DNA of 64,000 bases from Halarcobacter sp. Its GTDB lineage: Bacteria; Campylobacterota; Campylobacteria; Campylobacterales; Arcobacteraceae. The notes under the pieces were generated by a model. The model did not search any database. It saw nothing but the letters and a program-made list of their open reading frames with translations, and had not been told where the DNA came from. Below, one piece after another: positions 50,958 to 61,012 of this stretch. The position numbers and the translations under genes are program-made. Positions within the stretch are counted from its first letter, which is position 1; every line of letters begins with the position of its first letter. The DNA is taken from contig CP182352.1 in NCBI GenBank assembly GCA_048571215.1, forward strand, positions 1,120,001-1,184,000, written 5' to 3'.

Positions 50958-51200
50958 TTAACCTTTTAGATTTTTGTGATGTTGAACTGCCGCGATAATT
51001 GCAGCTATTTTTGTGTTGTTTGAAGTTGAAGTAGGTGCAGTGGGTTTTTTAGGTATAGGTGTTTCCTTTATTGGAAAATACTTACCTATAATCTTGGCTT
51101 GCAGTTTTAATGCATAAACCATGACTATTAAGAATGAAAATACAATTCCCATTCCCATGACCATAAACTTTGCTGCTTCAACAATTAAGTTTGTTTCCAT
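50958..51200 (-). CDS. oadG: Na+-translocating decarboxylase subunit gamma
   Basis: GMGIVFSFL TM, Pro-rich linker, IAAIIAAVQHH; ATG at 51200 with GGGAG RBS. Confidence 0.9.
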   Translation of the reverse strand: METNLIVEAAKFMVMGMGIVFSFLIVMVYALKLQAKIIGKYFPIKETPIPKKPTAPTSTSNNTKIAAIIAAVQHHKNLKG

Positions 51201-51474
51201 ATTACTCCCTGTGGTAACCATCTGTGTAATTTGTGATACAATTTTATATAAAGTTTGCTTTAGTAAAATTTATTTTTATGTCAAATTTGTGTAAATTTTG
51301 GAATTTGGCTAAATTATGTATAATTATAATATTTTAGTCCCAAATTGTAACAAAAAGTCATCAACTTTTAAAAATAATCTAGTGATATTATTTCTTGCTT
51401 TTACTATTTTTTGTGCCATTTTTTAACCTTTATTTAATAAATATTTCAAATTCTATAAAAAAAATTAAAAATAC

Positions 51475-51503
51475 TTGAAAAATATTGCAATTTGTAATAT
51501 AAT
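51475..51503 (+). promoter_or_regulatory. Sigma70 promoter with an overlapping imperfect palindrome
   Basis: TTGAAA-17 bp-TATAAT; ATATTGCAATTTGTAATAT at 51482-51500. Confidence 0.55.
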
Positions 51504-51521
51504 TTTGAAAAAGGAGTCAAA

Positions 51522-52178
51522 ATGTTAATTGTTAATGAAATAGTTGAGAGATTAAAAGATATTTTGAGTAAAGATGGAATGCTTGGAAAAGTTTTTGATA
51601 AAGATGTTGCAACTGCTTTGGATTTGAGTCAAGTAAATTTTGCAACAATGAAAAATAGAGGAAAAATTCCATATTCTAATATTCTTGATTTTTGTGCAAA
51701 GAAAAAGATCTCAATCAACTGGTTACTTTACAATCAAAACCCTGGTTCTTTAGTAGATTCTACTGATAAATATTGGATTAGGTATTATCCAGAAGTAAAT
51801 GTAAGTGCGGGTGGTGGAGCTTTTGAAAGTAATGATGAGTATGAAAGCTTAGAAGTACCTCCTTATTTTATAAATATGTTGGGTGGAAAAGAGAACTTAA
51901 AAAATATTGATGCAATTAATGTAGTAGGAGATTCTATGGAGCCTACCCTAAATAGTGATAATATTATATTTATAGATAAGAGTAAAATAGATGTTGCAAG
52001 GGATGGAATATATGCTTTTACAACAAATCATGGACTTTTTGTAAAAAGAGTACAAAGAAGAGTAGATGGTAAACTTGATGTTATTTCTGATAATAAAGAC
52101 TATCCTATTCAAGTTTTGGCTAAAGATGAATTACAAATAGTTGGTAAAGTTATAAGTACTTTTGGAATGATATATTAA
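51522..52178 (+). CDS. CI/LexA-like repressor with peptidase S24 domain
   Basis: HTH-like N-terminus ending INWLL; VSAGGG cleavage site; GDSMEP Ser; VKR Lys; SDN..YP. Confidence 0.9.
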   Translation: MLIVNEIVERLKDILSKDGMLGKVFDKDVATALDLSQVNFATMKNRGKIPYSNILDFCAKKKISINWLLYNQNPGSLVDSTDKYWIRYYPEVNVSAGGGAFESNDEYESLEVPPYFINMLGGKENLKNIDAINVVGDSMEPTLNSDNIIFIDKSKIDVARDGIYAFTTNHGLFVKRVQRRVDGKLDVISDNKDYPIQVLAKDELQIVGKVISTFGMIY

Positions 52179-53170
52179 AGTAGGGTTGGTTCGTTTAACT
52201 CTTTTGAAATCTCTTCATGAAGTTGTTCGTAACTTGCCCCAATAAAATAAACTGCATTGAATTTTATTTTTTTTAAAAAACTCTTTAGTTCATCTAATGA
52301 GTTAATAAAAGTATAATCAATATCTCTATTGTCATCTATCTCTTGAGTTGTTAGATATAGTATTTGAGCATATTTATATTTATATTTTAAGTATGAGATC
52401 TCTTTTTCTATTAGCTCATCATTCTCTTGTGCAATTAAAAACTTGTCAGTTTTTCCAAAGTCTGTATGATTGATTAATTTATCAACAAAAATAGGCTTTA
52501 GATTATTGAATTTTTTTAGTTTATTTAAATCTGAATCAAAACCTAAATAGCTATATACATCTAAAAATTCTGTTATATATAAACTTGAAATTTTTATTTT
52601 AGAAAAAAATCTCTCTTCATAACTAAAAGTTGTTTCAAATATTGAGTGTTCAATTAGGTTATCAATTTTGTATGTTTTAGTATTAAAGTTAAAGTTTACA
52701 GGATATATGGCGTCTAACGTTGATTGTTCAGAGCAAATTATAGTATCATTTTCTTCTAAATCATCAATAAGTTTGAAAAACCTAGATAGATTTTTTGGTA
52801 TTAGTTTTATATTTGTATGTACATTGTTTTTTTTCAAAATCTTAAAAAGAGAATATGAAGCATCATTACAATAAAAAGCTGTAAGTCTTTTATTTGATAA
52901 AAGATATCTGATAAGTTTTTTAATAGCTTCTTGAACATCATTAACTTTTATCCAAGCTATCTCTTTATCACTTATTTCTACATCCTCATCAACAATTAAT
53001 GCAAATGCTCCATTTTCTAAAGCTAATGAAATATCTTCTTTATTTTGAACTACAAATAAATCAGATTCTTTTATTTTATTAGGGTTGGTTTTGATGGTGT
53101 ATATAAATGATATTGATGGAGAGTTTAATAACTTTCCATCAACAATATCTAAAATAGATGTTATTTGCAC
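52175..53170 (-). CDS. Conserved hypothetical protein (N-terminus resembles a Mur-ligase N-domain)
   Basis: DG.LLNSPSISFI, DLFV, ALENGAFALI; coupled to metG. Confidence 0.65.
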   Translation of the reverse strand: MQITSILDIVDGKLLNSPSISFIYTIKTNPNKIKESDLFVVQNKEDISLALENGAFALIVDEDVEISDKEIAWIKVNDVQEAIKKLIRYLLSNKRLTAFYCNDASYSLFKILKKNNVHTNIKLIPKNLSRFFKLIDDLEENDTIICSEQSTLDAIYPVNFNFNTKTYKIDNLIEHSIFETTFSYEERFFSKIKISSLYITEFLDVYSYLGFDSDLNKLKKFNNLKPIFVDKLINHTDFGKTDKFLIAQENDELIEKEISYLKYKYKYAQILYLTTQEIDDNRDIDYTFINSLDELKSFLKKIKFNAVYFIGASYEQLHEEISKELNEPTLL

Positions 53171-55146
53171 TAGCTTATTTTTGTTCCAATTTTTTTAGGA
53201 GATTCTGGTCTTATTAAACATAAGCCATCTTCATCCTTTGCTGCCATAAGCATACCTTCACTTAGCATACCCATAAGCTTTGCAGGTTTTAGGTTTGCTA
53301 CTACACAAGCTTGAGTTCCAACTAAAGACTCAGGAGTATAAAACTCTTTTATACCTGCAAGGATTTGTCTATTTCTTCCTTCACCTAAATCAACTTGTAG
53401 TTTTAAAAGCTTTTTAGATTTTGGTACCTCTTGGGCTTCTACAATAGTTCCAACTTTTAGTGTAGTTTCAAAAAATTTATCAATAGTAATAAGGTTATCT
53501 TCTTCCTCTTCAACTATTTCCTCTTTTTTATTTTTTTTATTTTTTTTAGATGATTTTTCTTCTATCTCTGTTTTTGTAACCTCAGATACTTTTGCCTGTT
53601 CCAATAAAATCTCTTCAATTCTTGGGAAAAGTTGTTCAACTTTTGTAATTGTAGTTTCACTTAGTAACTCTTTATTTACAATAAGTTTATTGTATGTATC
53701 TGTGTTGATTTGAATCCCTAAAGAGCTTGCAATTTTAGAGATTTTTTCAGGCATAACAGCATCTAAAAGTAGGGCAACTTTTGCCATAATATTTGTAATA
53801 AGTGCAACCAATGCCATAGCTTCATCAGTTTTTCCCTCTTTCATTTTTGCCCAAGGTTCATAATCTCCAATTGCTTTATTTGCAATTGTTAAAACCTTCC
53901 AAATATCTTCAAGGTATCTATTTAGTTGCATTTTAAAAATATAATCTTCTACATTGTCTAAAATAGAATTAACTTCGTCTAACTCTTTTTGATGGTATTT
54001 TTCAACATCTTTTGAATCAATTTTAAAATCAAAATATTTACCACTCATTCCAGAGATTCTATTAAGTAAGTTCCCTAAATCATTTCCTAAATCAGAATTG
54101 ATTCTATCTATTAATGCTTTTTGTGAAAAGTCTCCATCTTGTCCAAAAGGTACTTCTCTTAACATAAAATATCTAAAAGCATCTAAACCATAGGCATCTG
54201 CTACTTCTTTTGGATTTACTACGTTCCCTTTTGATTTAGACATCTTTTCCCCATCTCTTGTCCACCAACCATGTGCAGCTATGTGATCAGGAAGTGGTAA
54301 GTCTAAAGACATTAAAAATGCAGGCCAATAAATAGAGTGAAATCTTAAAATATCTTTTCCCACAAGATGAACTTTACATGGCCAAAAGTCCATATTTTCT
54401 TCTGTTGTTCCATATCCTAAAGCTGTGATATAGTTCATTAGGGCATCTAGCCAAACATACATTACATGATTTGGCTCATTAATAGAATCAGGAAGTTTTA
54501 CACCCCAATCAAAAGAGGTTCTAGAAATAGATAGATCTTTTAATCCACCCTTTACAAAATTTACAATCTCATTTTTTTTAGATCTTGGTAAAATACAATC
54601 TTCATTCTCTTCATACCATTTTAAAAGTTTATCTTCATATTTTGATAATTTAAAAAAGAAACTCTCTTCTTTTACTATATTTGTTGGTTTCCCACAATCT
54701 GGACAAAATTGTTCATCAACTAGTTGTTTTTCGGTAAAAAAAGTCTCACAAGATACACAGTAAAAACCTTCATATTCACCCTTATAAATATCACCTTTTT
54801 CATACATTCTTTCAAAGGCTTTTTGAACCCCAAGTTTATGTTCTTCATCTGTTGTTCGAATAAACTTATCGTATGAGATATCAAAATCATCCCAAAGTTG
54901 TCTAAACTTCCCAGATACTTCATCTGCATACTCTTTTGCAGTTTTACCTCTAGCTTCAGCACTTTGAGCGATTTTTTGACCATGCTCATCAGTTCCAGTT
55001 AAAAGATATGTGTTGTATCCAGTAAGTCTTGAATATCTAGCTAACATATCTGCAATAATTGTTGTATACGCATGCCCAATATGAGCCACATCATTTACAT
55101 AATAAATTGGTGTAGTGATATAAACATTTTTACAACTATTTTCCAT
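53170..55146 (-). CDS. metG: Methionine--tRNA ligase
   Basis: TTPIYYVN..HIGH, GTDEHG, Zn knuckle, KMSKS, C-terminal tRNA-binding domain. Confidence 0.98.
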   Translation of the reverse strand: MENSCKNVYITTPIYYVNDVAHIGHAYTTIIADMLARYSRLTGYNTYLLTGTDEHGQKIAQSAEARGKTAKEYADEVSGKFRQLWDDFDISYDKFIRTTDEEHKLGVQKAFERMYEKGDIYKGEYEGFYCVSCETFFTEKQLVDEQFCPDCGKPTNIVKEESFFFKLSKYEDKLLKWYEENEDCILPRSKKNEIVNFVKGGLKDLSISRTSFDWGVKLPDSINEPNHVMYVWLDALMNYITALGYGTTEENMDFWPCKVHLVGKDILRFHSIYWPAFLMSLDLPLPDHIAAHGWWTRDGEKMSKSKGNVVNPKEVADAYGLDAFRYFMLREVPFGQDGDFSQKALIDRINSDLGNDLGNLLNRISGMSGKYFDFKIDSKDVEKYHQKELDEVNSILDNVEDYIFKMQLNRYLEDIWKVLTIANKAIGDYEPWAKMKEGKTDEAMALVALITNIMAKVALLLDAVMPEKISKIASSLGIQINTDTYNKLIVNKELLSETTITKVEQLFPRIEEILLEQAKVSEVTKTEIEEKSSKKNKKNKKEEIVEEEEDNLITIDKFFETTLKVGTIVEAQEVPKSKKLLKLQVDLGEGRNRQILAGIKEFYTPESLVGTQACVVANLKPAKLMGMLSEGMLMAAKDEDGLCLIRPESPKKIGTKIS

Positions 55147-55169
55147 TAATATTCCTCTTTTTATATTTA

Positions 55170-55391
55170 TTAAAATTCAAATCCACCACCAGCACCTTTA
55201 CTCATAGATTCATAAACGGCTAGTACATATTTTTTTCTTAATTCACAATCAAAAAAATTTTCACAAAAATTCTCTTGTGATTTACATGATTGAACACCAA
55301 ACTTTTCCTCTTGGCACTTTTTTAATTCTAAAAGTACTTCTTCAAGGCTCTCTTCCCATTTATCTAAAGTTTGATTATCTTGCATTATCAC
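55170..55391 (-). CDS. Small conserved Cys-containing hypothetical protein
   Basis: CQ..SC..C...[19 protein letters not shown]; in operon between fbp and metG. Confidence 0.75.
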   Translation of the reverse strand: MIMQDNQTLDKWEESLEEVLLELKKCQEEKFGVQSCKSQENFCENFFDCELRKKYVLAVYESMSKGAGGGFEF

Positions 55392-56223
55392 TATAAACTT
55401 TTAATACTCGATTAATTTCACTTAAAGAGCCAAAAAAACATGGTGTTGTATCATGAATATGTGTAGTTTCTACTTCAAATACAGATTTTTCTCCATCAAT
55501 AGCATCTCCACCTGCACATTTGTAAGTAAAAGCAAAAGGGAAAACCTCAAAAAGTTGTCTAAGTTTGCCTTTTGGTTTATCAGAAGTACCAGGATAAGAG
55601 AACAAGCCACCACCTTTTAGTAAAATTTGGTGTAAATCAGGAACCATTCCTCCTGAATATCTTAAATAGTAACCATCTTTAAACATCTCATTTACTAAAG
55701 TTTTATGTGTTTGAGTCCAATTCATTTGAGTTGAACCTGTAGCATTTAAACTACCTGAGTCATTAAGTTTAATATCTTTTATATATTTGAACTCTTCATT
55801 AGAAAGTCTAAATAGTTGCACTTTGTTATCTTTTGCAATCACCATTTCAACCCTTGGTCCAAATACTACATATACAGAAGCAATAATATTTTTTGCATTG
55901 AATTCATTTTTATAGATACCATAAATTGAACCAACTGATAGGTTAACATCTACAAGAGATGAACCATCAAGAGGGTCATAGGCTATTAGGTATTCTCCGT
56001 TTTCATTTAAAGAAACAATACTCTCTTGCTCTTCACTAACTATGGCTTTAATACTAGGAATTGTTTTAAAAATCTTTTCAATTATAATATCACTTGCAAT
56101 ATCAAGTTTTAATTGAGTATCTCCTGTTGAGTTTTCATTTTCACTTTTTGCAGTATCACCTAATAAAATTACCTCTTTTATCTCTTTACTTGCTATTTTT
56201 ATAGCTTGAAAAATCTCTTCCAT
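55375..56223 (-). CDS. fbp: Class 1 fructose-1,6-bisphosphatase
   Basis: [34 protein letters not shown]. Confidence 0.96.
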   Translation of the reverse strand: MEEIFQAIKIASKEIKEVILLGDTAKSENENSTGDTQLKLDIASDIIIEKIFKTIPSIKAIVSEEQESIVSLNENGEYLIAYDPLDGSSLVDVNLSVGSIYGIYKNEFNAKNIIASVYVVFGPRVEMVIAKDNKVQLFRLSNEEFKYIKDIKLNDSGSLNATGSTQMNWTQTHKTLVNEMFKDGYYLRYSGGMVPDLHQILLKGGGLFSYPGTSDKPKGKLRQLFEVFPFAFTYKCAGGDAIDGEKSVFEVETTHIHDTTPCFFGSLSEINRVLKVYSDNAR

Positions 56224-56726
56224 TAAACTCTCTTTGCATTTTTTTCTATCCAGAGTATTATATTTTCTGGATCATTTAAATCTAGTTTATCAATACTATT
56301 TGGTATCTCATGTGAAGATATAGTCTCATCATGGGTAATAGCATTGGTAACTTGAAAATAACTCTCATCAAGTCTATTTCTAAAAATTGAAATTCTTGGT
56401 AAATCAAGAGTTTTTAAGCCTTCAACTAATAGATAATCAAAATCACCAAATAGTGAAATTAATTCATCAATACTTGAAGTGTTTTGTTTAAAAATAGTTG
56501 TTCTTTTTGAACTAACAACAGCTACATCAGCTTTTGTTTCACTAAATTTAAAACTATCTTTTCCTGGTTTGTCAAAGATTGCTTTGTCTTTTGGGTCATG
56601 TTTTATAATACAAACTTTAAAACCTTTATCTTGTAATATATTTGAAATTTTTACAATAAGGGTTGTTTTGCCACTATTTGAAGGACCACTAAAAGCAACT
56701 ACTAATTTTTTATACTCTTTTTTCAT
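56223..56726 (-). CDS. mobB: Molybdopterin-guanine dinucleotide biosynthesis protein B
   Basis: [26 protein letters not shown]. Confidence 0.93.
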   Translation of the reverse strand: MKKEYKKLVVAFSGPSNSGKTTLIVKISNILQDKGFKVCIIKHDPKDKAIFDKPGKDSFKFSETKADVAVVSSKRTTIFKQNTSSIDELISLFGDFDYLLVEGLKTLDLPRISIFRNRLDESYFQVTNAITHDETISSHEIPNSIDKLDLNDPENIILWIEKNAKRV

Positions 56727-56886
56727 AGTTAATATTCTATCCAAAGCATAGTTAAATTATCTTTACAACGAATCATAATCTTGTTTTTTGTAGACTATAT
56801 TAAAAGTTTAATTTTTATCTATATTTTTCAGATGAAATTATTATTTTTTTAGTATAATAAAATTTATATACCGTAAAGTAAGAGAA

Positions 56887-58812
56887 TTGGGAATGATTTC
56901 AGAATTATTTAAAAAAACAGACATGGATGATGCTATAAAAGTTTTAGAGACTAAGGTCTTTAATGAATCAAAGGCAAATTCTATGTTTAAAAAACTAGAA
57001 GATATAACTATAACAGATAATAAAAATCAAAATCTTATTCATAAAATGGCAGAAAAAAATAAAATCGATGCGATAATTTGGTTAAAAGAAAAAGGTGTTG
57101 ATTTTTCATTAGAGGATAATGAAGGACAAACCCCTTTAATGATTGCTGCTAAAAAAGGTTATATAGAACTAATCAAAATCTTAATAAATTTTGGAGCTGA
57201 TCCAGAATATAGAAATAAAGAGAGAAGAATAGCCTTACAAGAGGCGGCAAAAAGTGCAAATATTGATGCTTATTGTACTTTAAGTAGAATAACACAAAAT
57301 AAAAATAATGTAGATTCTGAAGGGAAAAATGCTTTTTTTGATGCCATAACAAGTATGAGTGAAAATATGATAAAAGAGACTCTTTTAGATGAAAATATAG
57401 ATAAAGAGATTACTGATACTGATGGGAATAGGGCTATTTTTTTAGAACCTTCATATATGAATCCAGAGATTACGACATTACTTATAAAATATGGAATAGA
57501 TTTAACCCATAAAGATTTTGATGGTAGAACAATACTTTTTTATATTTTAGACAATCCAAAAGAAAAAATAGATATTTTTAAAAAGATTGTTATACGATAT
57601 GAGGGGATTTTAAATCAAACAGATATCCATGGTGACTCTTTGTTACATTATGCTGTTAAAAATTTATTAGAAAAACAGACTATAAATCCACAAGACCCTG
57701 TTTGTCAATTAATCAAAATTATGTTTGATTATGAAATAGAATCTACAATTATAAATACAGAAGGTTATAGTGCCTTTGAATTAGCATTAGAATCAGAACG
57801 TGTTGAAATAATAGAACTATTTTTGAAAAATTTTTATGATCCAAATATTGTAAATAAAGATGGGGAAACTCCACTTAGTTTGATGGCATTAAAAGGGAAA
57901 AAATATAAAGATATAATCACTTTACTTTTATCTTATGGAGCAAATCCAAATATTAAGAACAAAGATGGTGAGACAGTTATAGAAAAGTTAATTAGTATAG
58001 AACTATATTTTTCTGATAATAAAAAAATATCTTCAAAATTAAGACAAATAATTCCAGAAAAAAATGAAGGTTATCTTTCTATCATTGAACAAATAATCTA
58101 TAATTCGGAAGCAAATCTACGTCAATTAAATTCAAAAGGTGAACCATATTTTTTTGATGCGGTACTCCATGGAAATATGGAGATTGTAAAAATACTTACC
58201 TATTTTGGTGCAGATATAAATCAAGTTGGTGCAACGGGATTAAATATAATATATGTCTTGATGGAAAAATATAAGGATGTTACAATTAAAAACAATGTTT
58301 TAAAGTTTCATGATACTCTTAGAAATATTATTTTTTTAGGTGCCAATGTTAATGCAAGAGATAATTATGGAGGTATTACCTTACATAAGGCTATTTTAGA
58401 CCATGACATAAGTATTGTGAAAATACTTTTATCTTCAGGAGCTGATATTAGAGCTATTGATAATAGAGGTAGAAATATGATTCATAATTGTATCTGGAAG
58501 GCAAAAGTTAAGACTCTTAGATTTATATACTCACAAAATAATAAACTTTTAAATCTAGAAGATAAGTTTGGAGTTTTACCTATACATTATGCTGCTTTTT
58601 TAGGTTATACTGATTTGGTTTTAGAGTTAATAAATTTAGGCTCTCATGTTAGTTCTTATACTGTAAAAACAGAGTATATTAAACGATTTTTATTAAGATT
58701 TAACAAAAACATATCTTCTTTAGAAGAAAATGCCAAAAATATTGCAGAGAAGAATAAAATTGCAACTTTGGTTGGTAATATGAAAGAGGAGTTTTCTTTA
58801 GAGAATATATAA
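56887..58812 (+). CDS. Ankyrin repeat protein
   Basis: Many G.TPL..A...G....L...GAD.N repeats. Confidence 0.92.
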   Translation: MGMISELFKKTDMDDAIKVLETKVFNESKANSMFKKLEDITITDNKNQNLIHKMAEKNKIDAIIWLKEKGVDFSLEDNEGQTPLMIAAKKGYIELIKILINFGADPEYRNKERRIALQEAAKSANIDAYCTLSRITQNKNNVDSEGKNAFFDAITSMSENMIKETLLDENIDKEITDTDGNRAIFLEPSYMNPEITTLLIKYGIDLTHKDFDGRTILFYILDNPKEKIDIFKKIVIRYEGILNQTDIHGDSLLHYAVKNLLEKQTINPQDPVCQLIKIMFDYEIESTIINTEGYSAFELALESERVEIIELFLKNFYDPNIVNKDGETPLSLMALKGKKYKDIITLLLSYGANPNIKNKDGETVIEKLISIELYFSDNKKISSKLRQIIPEKNEGYLSIIEQIIYNSEANLRQLNSKGEPYFFDAVLHGNMEIVKILTYFGADINQVGATGLNIIYVLMEKYKDVTIKNNVLKFHDTLRNIIFLGANVNARDNYGGITLHKAILDHDISIVKILLSSGADIRAIDNRGRNMIHNCIWKAKVKTLRFIYSQNNKLLNLEDKFGVLPIHYAAFLGYTDLVLELINLGSHVSSYTVKTEYIKRFLLRFNKNISSLEENAKNIAEKNKIATLVGNMKEEFSLENI

Positions 58813-58829
58813 TTATCAAAGTATTTTTA

Positions 58830-59369
58830 ATGTACAATTTTGTTCAACAAAATTTAGGATTTTTAATGAAAATAATTAATATATTACCTCTTACTCTTTT
58901 TATCTCTTTATTTTTTACTGCTTGTTCTGAAAAAACAAATGCGATGAGATATTTTAATGATAGCACAAGACAGAGTATAAACTCTATTCAGTTTACTCAA
59001 AAAGTTGACCTTCTTTTAAATAATCAAAATGAAGTAACAATAATAGCTTCCTATTTAAATGAAATTGATAAAGAGTTTAAGAGTGATAATTATGATACTT
59101 TTTTAGTAGCTATTCAAATATTTAATAATGTAAATCTTTTTAAAGATAGATTTAAGATTTTATTAGATGGTAAAAGACCAGTATCTTATGAAAAGATTGA
59201 TAATAGTAGTGATCTAATAAAAAAGATATCATTAAAAAATCATTGGGCAAAGTATTATTTAGTAAAATTTAAAAAAGAAGTTAAAAAGAATAATATTTTA
59301 AATTTGACAATATCTCATAGTAGACTTGGAGAAACAACTATAGCATTTGGAAAAGAGAAGAGGCTTTAA
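58830..59369 (+). CDS. Putative lipoprotein
   Basis: Lipobox FFTAC. Confidence 0.7.
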   Translation: MYNFVQQNLGFLMKIINILPLTLFISLFFTACSEKTNAMRYFNDSTRQSINSIQFTQKVDLLLNNQNEVTIIASYLNEIDKEFKSDNYDTFLVAIQIFNNVNLFKDRFKILLDGKRPVSYEKIDNSSDLIKKISLKNHWAKYYLVKFKKEVKKNNILNLTISHSRLGETTIAFGKEKRL

Positions 59370-60732
59370 TTTTCTCTTTATCCTCTTGTAAACTATTATA
59401 GTATAAATAGTAGTTTACAAAATACTTATCAAAATCCTCAAACAAAAAAGATAAAAATTCAAATTTTATTATCTTGTCTAAATTCTCATCAAAATCTTGT
59501 GGTGATTTATTGTAATTATATTTGATAAAGGTATTAAAAGGGTTTATTTTTTCTTGTTTTAAACTATCTAAATAACTTAAAAAATACTCTATATTTGTTT
59601 GAGCTTCAAACTGTTTTATTAAAGATTGAGATTTATTTAAATATTTCTCAATCTTTTTTATATTATTTAGACTCAATTGTGTTAAACCTAGTCTAAAATC
59701 ACTTGAGATTTTATCCTCACTGAAATCTGAATTTACTTTTATAGTAGAGTAAAGTAGGGCTTTGTTTTCCTTTGATAAGTTTTCATATTTATCTATATAC
59801 TCTAAGGTATTTAATGTTGGTTGGATAATACTATTTTCTAAAATTTCATTGGCATAAAATGAGTATATATTTAGTTTTTGCATAGAAGTTATATTTTCTA
59901 AAATAGAACTGTCTTTAGTGATAAAATATTTAAAAAATTCAAGTTTCTCTTTATAAAGATAAGCGTAATTTGCTTCTAAATTTTCTAAAAGTTCATAAGC
60001 TTTATTTAAATCATTTTTTTTAATATTGTATAAACATAATAAAAATTTAGTATTTGCATCTAACTCTTCTAAGTTAATATCCTCAAGGTGTTGTTGTAAA
60101 TTTGTAAGTTTTTCATCAGTAATAATTGTTTGAATAAGTTTATTATACATAGCTTTATTAGATTTTATTCTATTTAGAGTTTTTGAGGGGATTTTATAAT
60201 TAAAATAATCTCTTCTAAATTCTGTTGTAACATTAAAAAAAATATCATAAAAGGTATCCACATCACTTATTATAAGTTTTGTAAAAGGGATTGCAGATGA
60301 TAAAATCTTAACTTTTTTTATAAGCTTTGGATATCTATTATCTAAATTTTGTAGTACTAGTTTCAAATCATAAGTAGAGAGTGTTGATATCTCTTTTATA
60401 TCTAAACCTACTGCGATGCAGTCAGCATAAGAGTAAACCAATTCTTTTGTTGGAGCTTCTAGACACTGTGAAACTGCTAGTGTTTCATCATTTTTAAACT
60501 TTTTTGCAAAGTTATGAAATAGGGGCATATTCATATTATCTATAAGTGAAAGTGTTTCAAAAGCTTGCTTTGGTGTAGTATAATCAAGTTTTAAAAACTC
60601 ATTAATATAAAAGTCTCTTTTTAAGCCCTTTGGTAAGTTTTTTATTTGTTCAAAAATTAAAGTTTTTTCTTCTAAAATTTCAGCTTTTAAAAAGCATGAA
60701 AAGGTTAATAAAAATAGAAGAAAAAACCTCAT
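59338..60732 (-). CDS. Soluble lytic transglycosylase-like protein with degenerate catalytic motif
   Basis: Signal peptide; PKGLKRDFYI N-terminus; LLYSTIKVNSDF...LGLTQL aligns with SLT motifs (R.ES.F...GLMQ); adjacent to yggT and gltX. Confidence 0.65.
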   Translation of the reverse strand: MRFFLLFLLTFSCFLKAEILEEKTLIFEQIKNLPKGLKRDFYINEFLKLDYTTPKQAFETLSLIDNMNMPLFHNFAKKFKNDETLAVSQCLEAPTKELVYSYADCIAVGLDIKEISTLSTYDLKLVLQNLDNRYPKLIKKVKILSSAIPFTKLIISDVDTFYDIFFNVTTEFRRDYFNYKIPSKTLNRIKSNKAMYNKLIQTIITDEKLTNLQQHLEDINLEELDANTKFLLCLYNIKKNDLNKAYELLENLEANYAYLYKEKLEFFKYFITKDSSILENITSMQKLNIYSFYANEILENSIIQPTLNTLEYIDKYENLSKENKALLYSTIKVNSDFSEDKISSDFRLGLTQLSLNNIKKIEKYLNKSQSLIKQFEAQTNIEYFLSYLDSLKQEKINPFNTFIKYNYNKSPQDFDENLDKIIKFEFLSFLFEDFDKYFVNYYLYYNSLQEDKEKIKASSLFQML

Positions 60733-60733
60733 A

Positions 60734-61012
60734 TTACATACTCATAAATAGTTTCCCTAAAAATGTTTCTAGGAAAATTAGTGCAAAAATAATAATTATT
60801 GGAGCAAAATCCATTCCCCCAATAACTGTAGGTATAAATCTTCTAACTAGGGCATAAGCAGGCTCAGTTAGTCTATATAACATCTGTACAATAGGGTTAT
60901 AAGGATCTGGTCTAACCCAAGATAGAATTGCAGAAATAATAATAACCCACTTGTATAAAAATATAATACCTAATATAACAGTAAATAATGAACTTAACAA
61001 TGCATCAATCAT
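60734..61012 (-). CDS. yggT: YggT-family membrane protein
   Basis: [21 protein letters not shown]...R..IP...G.DFAP. Confidence 0.95.
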   Translation of the reverse strand: MIDALLSSLFTVILGIIFLYKWVIIISAILSWVRPDPYNPIVQMLYRLTEPAYALVRRFIPTVIGGMDFAPIIIIFALIFLETFLGKLFMSM

